Below, piece after piece: positions 59,343-64,000 of a stretch of DNA of 64,000 nt (positions are counted from its first letter, which is position 1; each line of letters begins with the position of its first letter). A program made the translations under genes and the position numbers. The DNA is from Clostridia bacterium (GTDB taxonomy: Bacteria > Bacillota > Clostridia > UMGS1883): contig JAZQCM010000001.1 of the NCBI GenBank assembly GCA_045546275.1, positions 256,142 through 320,141 of the forward strand, given 5' to 3'. Below the pieces are notes generated by a model, which did no database searches, was not told the DNA's origin, and saw only the letters and a list, made by a program, of their open reading frames with translations.

Positions 59343-61583
59343 TTACTTTATAATTACTTTTAATTCTTTTACAATACCACCTAAAGTCACCTTAAGAGTC
59401 GCTTCGCCGGAAGCTCTTGCAGTAATAACAGCATTTTCACCTATTTCCACAATATCGCTGTTTGTTTCCACGGTATAACCGAATACTCTTTCTGTGTTTC
59501 CATCTTCCAAAACTGCTAAAACCTCAACAGGCAACTTTTCGCCAACTGTCATCTTTTCAAATCTGCCTTCACGCATAATTATCATGTCTGAGACAGCTTT
59601 TTCGCCCTCTGTTCCTTCTGCTATTTCAAAGGAAACCTTGTATTCATCCTTTTCAGGTGTGATTGTAACCGCATCGGAGTTGAAGGTTTCGCCGTTTACT
59701 GTAATTGATTTAACCACAAAGCCTTCCTTGCATTCAGCAGAAATTGTGAGAGGAATATTCTTATACTGAGTTGTTGTAAAGCTGTTTGCCTTATCACCAT
59801 AGAAGCTTTCACGGATAACACTACCCGAAACGTCCACGCTTGCCTTAGTTGCATCAATTTCAAAATCGAATGTAGCCATGCCGCCTATTTCACTCTTGTA
59901 GTTCTTTTTGTAGAAATCAGAAACCATCTTTTCAAAATAGGGATTTCTGTTCTGTGCGAAACCTACAAACTTACTTCTCACCCTATCTCTCCACGCATCA
60001 ATTCGCTGAGTGCTTGTTCCGCTCATGTTGTTCCAGCGCATAAGGTCATAGCCCTTAACAGCTTCACGGTCTTTAATCAAATCTTCAGAAATTGCAGTAA
60101 TATTTTCAACTGACACCGCTGTGTCAAGATATGCCGCACTTCTCTGTGCGAATTCATTTCTGAATTCTTCATTTTTAAACAAGCCATTAAAAACCTTTGC
60201 AACAAATTCAGGATGTCTTGCTTCAGTCTCAGGCAGGGTGCTCTTTAAAACATAGTCAAGAGTGTTGTTGTTCACACCATCAAAGGCAAGGTCAAAGTCA
60301 TGAACCATAAATCTCCACTTGCCATCAGCGGCATAAACGTCACCGTTACTTCTTTCCATGCTTGTACGCCAGAATTTGAAGTTGTTACCGGGCCAGTCAA
60401 TATTATCACAGTACATGTATACGAAAAGGTAATCTATAAGATTATCAATATCAACATAGCCTTGAAGCTCGTTATAATTCTTTTGATCCTCTGCATTGAG
60501 CATTAAATACTGCACATAGTTAAACTGGTCGCGATAGTATTCTTCATCCTCCTCAGGACCTTCCTCGTAAAGCATACGCTCTATACCCTGAAAACCATTG
60601 TCTGAAACTGTATATGTATAATTCTCAGTTGTCCAGTCACGGTCAAGGAAAATAACATCGTCCTTACCTATATCTTCGTAGTGATAATCAAGATAACGAT
60701 TATCATACTGTTCACGTGCTTCGTAAATACCCCAGAATTCACCATTGATAAAAAGCGCTGCAGGTGTTGATGCCGCAGTGTCAGGGCGCATAAAGTCAGT
60801 AATTCTCTGCGCCATAGGGTCACGCAGGTCAGTTTCTGCCCAGTCAGAAATACGGAAGGTTATCTTACCATGCTTTTCGACCTTGCTTGTGTCGTAAAAG
60901 TTCTTGTCAGCAATCTCTACCATGTCATATTCAAGGTTCTTTCTACCCTCAGTGTCACCCTTTGTGAAATAAAGTCTTATACTCTTTTTAGGGTTACTTC
61001 TTGAGCCATGACCCGAAACCTTCAACTCAAGGCTTCTTTCAAAGCCTTCACCATTATTGTCAAAATACTCAACATAACCTAAAATGTTATGCTCGTATTC
61101 ATAATTTGTGTAAATACCTTCGTTTTGGTCCCAAAAATCATAGGGATTACCGCTGATTGCAACAATCGGAACGTTGCTTCCAAGCTCCTTAACCTTGTCA
61201 GATACAAAGTAGGTGTTTGTAACAATCGGTGATTTGTTGCCTAAAACATCTATTGCAACAGCACGGATAACTACACCTTTTTCCCATCTTTCCTGGCTCA
61301 CTTTGTTCTGTACTGTTCTTGGTGAATTAAGCTTTGCCTCAATCAGCACAGGCTCCTTATAAACATTTGATTTTTCATCAGGCTCGCTACCATCGGTTGT
61401 GTAGTAAACAGTGCTGTCACCCGCCTTGATTGTAAGATAAAACTCTTCAGTGTAAATTCCGCCTTCATGAGAAAAAACAGGCGCAGCAACATCTTCTGCT
61501 AAAACTACACTTGCAAAGCTTGTCAAGACAAGACAAATTGAAAGTATGAATGCTACAAATTTTTCAGAAATTCTCTTTTTCAT
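59343..61583 (-). CDS. Secreted CotH-family kinase with Fn3/chitobiase-C-like N-terminal and Ig-like C-terminal domains
   Basis: Signal peptide; YYTTDGSEP; G.GSR..PKKS; NGEFWGIY; DWPGNN...W...DFD. Confidence 0.85.
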   Translation of the reverse strand: MKKRISEKFVAFILSICLVLTSFASVVLAEDVAAPVFSHEGGIYTEEFYLTIKAGDSTVYYTTDGSEPDEKSNVYKEPVLIEAKLNSPRTVQNKVSQERWEKGVVIRAVAIDVLGNKSPIVTNTYFVSDKVKELGSNVPIVAISGNPYDFWDQNEGIYTNYEYEHNILGYVEYFDNNGEGFERSLELKVSGHGSRSNPKKSIRLYFTKGDTEGRKNLEYDMVEIADKNFYDTSKVEKHGKITFRISDWAETDLRDPMAQRITDFMRPDTAASTPAALFINGEFWGIYEAREQYDNRYLDYHYEDIGKDDVIFLDRDWTTENYTYTVSDNGFQGIERMLYEEGPEEDEEYYRDQFNYVQYLMLNAEDQKNYNELQGYVDIDNLIDYLFVYMYCDNIDWPGNNFKFWRTSMERSNGDVYAADGKWRFMVHDFDLAFDGVNNNTLDYVLKSTLPETEARHPEFVAKVFNGLFKNEEFRNEFAQRSAAYLDTAVSVENITAISEDLIKDREAVKGYDLMRWNNMSGTSTQRIDAWRDRVRSKFVGFAQNRNPYFEKMVSDFYKKNYKSEIGGMATFDFEIDATKASVDVSGSVIRESFYGDKANSFTTTQYKNIPLTISAECKEGFVVKSITVNGETFNSDAVTITPEKDEYKVSFEIAEGTEGEKAVSDMIIMREGRFEKMTVGEKLPVEVLAVLEDGNTERVFGYTVETNSDIVEIGENAVITARASGEATLKVTLGGIVKELKVIIK

Positions 61584-61663
61584 TATAATCCCTCATTTTA
61601 TATTGATATTTTAATTATATTATAATCTTCCCTTAATTTCAATAGTTTTTGAAATAATATATG

Positions 61664-62161
61664 CTATTTCTTTAAATCAAATCTGAAAATAGCAACACCT
61701 ATCGAAACCATCATCAAAATGTTTCCGACCGCTGAACCATACGCGCAATTTGCAAAATTATAAACAAACCAAAATGGAGCAGAAGCAAGCGATAAAAGCC
61801 TAATGCTTTTCTCTTTTGTCAACCATAAAGCCGTTATTTCCAATATTATTCCCAGTATTGCAAACAGGCTGAAAACATTTTCATACAGCGTAAAACCTAT
61901 TCCTAACAAAAACAGGTTTACAACTATCACCACTACTTTAAAGTGTTTTGTTATAAATTCTTTTTCTTTATACTTTGCAAAGAAGGACAGAACAAATCCC
62001 GAAAAGTCCAAAGCAGCGCCTTCAAAAGCACCGAGAACAAGGTATTGAAGTATGTAAAGTAGTCTGGATGTTAAATTAACAGCAATAATCTTTTTTCTGG
62101 TTTTCATTTGAAAACTCAAAAGAAATGTCACAACCGCCAATGCCCCTAAAACATGTGCCAT
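61664..62161 (-). CDS. YgjV family inner membrane protein
   Basis: SFQMK.RK, LQY..LGA..GA, IRL....PFW.VYN....YG. Confidence 0.8.
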   Translation of the reverse strand: MAHVLGALAVVTFLLSFQMKTRKKIIAVNLTSRLLYILQYLVLGAFEGAALDFSGFVLSFFAKYKEKEFITKHFKVVVIVVNLFLLGIGFTLYENVFSLFAILGIILEITALWLTKEKSIRLLSLASAPFWFVYNFANCAYGSAVGNILMMVSIGVAIFRFDLKK

Positions 62162-62244
62162 TACTAAGCCTCCATTCTCCATTTAATGCTCAACTATTAT
62201 ATCATTTTTGTTTCAAAAAAACAAATATTTTAGTTTTGTTACAT

Positions 62245-62275
62245 AAAAAATGAACTCCTGCTTGTGGAGTTCATT
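62245..62275 (-). terminator. Terminator downstream of tRNA-Leu
   Basis: AATGAACTCC...GGAGTTCATT followed by a T run on the minus strand. Confidence 0.75.
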
Positions 62276-62279
62276 CTTT

Positions 62280-62366
62280 TGGTGCAGGTAACAGGACTTG
62301 AACCTGCATGAAATTGCTCTCATACGGACCTGAACCGTACGCGTCTGCCAATTCCGCCATACCTGC
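62280..62366 (-). tRNA. tRNA-Leu (anticodon CAG)
   Basis: GCAGGTA acceptor, D arm GGCGGAATTGGCAGACGC, anticodon arm TACGG-TTCAGGT-CCGTA, long variable arm, GTTCAAGTCC T-loop, encoded CCA; 87 nt. Confidence 0.97.
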
Positions 62367-62425
62367 ATATATTCAATTTTAAACACTTTACGCTTTTTTA
62401 AATACACAATACCCTTGGCAGCCGC

Positions 62426-62574
62426 TACGCGTCGTCCCGTTTGTGGTTCCCGATTTTATCGTTTCGCATTCGCTCACATAAAATCGACCACGGCACACCC
62501 CTGTGCCCTCCCTCAATCTTCCACCGGAAGCGGTCGGGCTCGGTTCCAATTCCGCCATACCTGCATACATTCAA
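62426..62574 (-). mobile_element. Partial tRNA-Leu duplicate interrupted in the D-loop by a 112-nt structured insert
   Basis: 62546-62574 repeats 62348-62376 (28/29 identical); tRNA sequence GACGCGTA resumes at 62433-62426; the insert at 62434-62545 is GC-rich and hairpin-rich. Confidence 0.7.
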
Positions 62575-62602
62575 CCAGCCGTGTTATTTTAATGACTTGA
62601 TT

Positions 62603-62631
62603 ATTATAACACAGCCGGTTGATATTTGCAA
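62603..62631 (-). promoter_or_regulatory. Sigma-A promoter for the tRNA locus
   Basis: TTGCAA-17-TATAAT with TG before the -10. Confidence 0.75.
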
Positions 62632-62639
62632 CAGTTTTT

Positions 62640-63983
62640 TTACTTCACTTTCATGTGCTTTCGCACCATAAGATAAGCTGAAAAAATTCCGATGAAGGTT
62701 ATTATCCAGCTTATGGGGTAAACGCTCATCAAAACTTCAAATGTGGGCATTTTTTCAAAAACCGTATATATGTACAAAAATCTCACGCCACATACACCCA
62801 AAATAGTGATTAGCGCAGGCACTAAGGAGTGTCCCATACCTCTCATACTACCACTTAAAATGTCCGAAACATTATTAACCAGAATAAACGGAAGAATGAA
62901 CAACATTCTTGTTGCAGCAATTTGTGCAACCAAAGCTTCCTCGGTAAACACATAAACCATACTGTTTCGGAACAACAACATCGCTCCTATTAACACACCG
63001 CCTGAGATAAGTGCCAAAAGTACGCTCCATTTTGTTGCATCACGGCATCTGCGATTATTACCGGCGCCGTAGTTCTGACCTACAAAGGTAACTGTAGCCT
63101 GTGAAAAACCACTTGCAAGATGGTAAACGTAGAATTCAAAATTCAAAGCTGCAGAACTTCCTGCAACAAAGTCCGAACCTAAAGAATTCAATGATGACTG
63201 TACAGAAACGTTAGAAATAGAGAAAACCGCCCCTTGAAGGCCTGCAGGCATGCCTATACGAACAAAGTCAAGCAAAATCCTTTTGTCAATACAAAGCTTG
63301 TTCAAGCTGATTTTGAGTGGTCCTTTTTCGTGCATAAGGAAATAAACCATCATTGCAGAGCTTACCATATTCGCTATAACTGTTGCAATTGCAACACCTG
63401 CAACACTTAAATCAAATACAATTACAAGAACAAGGTTTAAAATAAGGTTTATAACACCCGAAACAGACAGGCATATCAACGGTCTTTTAGTGTCACCACG
63501 GCTTCTGAGAATTGCTGAAGAAAAGTTATAAAGCATCATAAAAGGCATTCCGAGAAAATATATTCTCAGATATAATGTTGCCAAATCAATAACATCCTCA
63601 GGCGAACTCATCATAACAAGCATGGGGCGAGCAAGTATTAATCCTAAAATCATTACAATAACGCCGCTTATTACAGAAACAACTATTGCTGTGTGCGCCG
63701 CCCTTCCAACTCTTTCGTCATCGCCCTCACCAATAAAACGGGCAATAACAACATTTGCACCAACTGACAAGCCCACAAACAAATTCAACAAAAGATTAAT
63801 AATTGAACCGTTGCTACCAACTGCCGCCAATGCCTCTTTACCTGCAAATCTGCCAACAACCGCCACATCCGCAGTGTTAAAAAGCTGTTGTAACATGTTA
63901 CTTAACGCAATCGGAATAGCAAAAACCAGTATAGCTTTCCACAAGGAACCCGATAAAATACCTCGGTCTTTCTTTTCTGTCAT
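62640..63983 (-). CDS. MATE family efflux transporter
   Basis: LQQLFNTAD..VVG, LRSRGDTKRPL, GQNYGAG, about 12 TM segments. Confidence 0.95.
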   Translation of the reverse strand: MTEKKDRGILSGSLWKAILVFAIPIALSNMLQQLFNTADVAVVGRFAGKEALAAVGSNGSIINLLLNLFVGLSVGANVVIARFIGEGDDERVGRAAHTAIVVSVISGVIVMILGLILARPMLVMMSSPEDVIDLATLYLRIYFLGMPFMMLYNFSSAILRSRGDTKRPLICLSVSGVINLILNLVLVIVFDLSVAGVAIATVIANMVSSAMMVYFLMHEKGPLKISLNKLCIDKRILLDFVRIGMPAGLQGAVFSISNVSVQSSLNSLGSDFVAGSSAALNFEFYVYHLASGFSQATVTFVGQNYGAGNNRRCRDATKWSVLLALISGGVLIGAMLLFRNSMVYVFTEEALVAQIAATRMLFILPFILVNNVSDILSGSMRGMGHSLVPALITILGVCGVRFLYIYTVFEKMPTFEVLMSVYPISWIITFIGIFSAYLMVRKHMKVK

Positions 63984-64000
63984 TTTAATCCTTCTCTCTT

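Noticed and set aside
62434-62545. HDV-like (theta) or hammerhead ribozyme call for the insert
   Set aside because: The end GGGAC recalls HDV, but I could not build P1/P1.1, and the hammerhead CUGAnGA core is absent. Theta ribozymes lie 3' of tRNAs. The insert is also short for a group I intron.
62213-62671. Four short ORFs over the tRNA and the insert
   Set aside because: They translate tRNA or structured non-coding sequence and have no RBS.

Overview
A 64-kb, mostly core-genome stretch of a low-GC, probably spore-forming Clostridia-type (Firmicutes) chromosome. I found no prophage, transposase or CRISPR array. Housekeeping blocks: trkH (partial), amidase-ruvBAC, argGH, an OmpR regulator/histidine kinase/GerMN lipoprotein operon, fhs-tsaE-tsaB-rpiB-nrdR, potAB plus a potC-potD fusion, ung, rpsU, alaS, ctpA, argS, maf-mreBCD-mrdA-minCD-mgsA, htrA, lon-engB, radA, galK, a secreted GH51, pepP, a CotH kinase, tRNA-Leu(CAG) and a MATE transporter. 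Most notable: (1) a duplicated tRNA-Leu 5' end whose D-loop is interrupted by a structured 112-nt insert, just upstream of the intact tRNA; (2) an AT-rich BlaI/BlaR1 cassette in which BlaR1 appears naturally split into an M56 protease gene and a separately translated TM-stalk-M23 gene; (3) an uncharacterised IscU-like/GGGtGRT gene pair with codon bias typical of highly expressed genes; (4) three apparent pseudoenzymes (LeuB-like, MgsA, MreB); (5) a histidine kinase that seems to need an ATT start codon. All family calls come from motif recognition by eye; no database searches were run.
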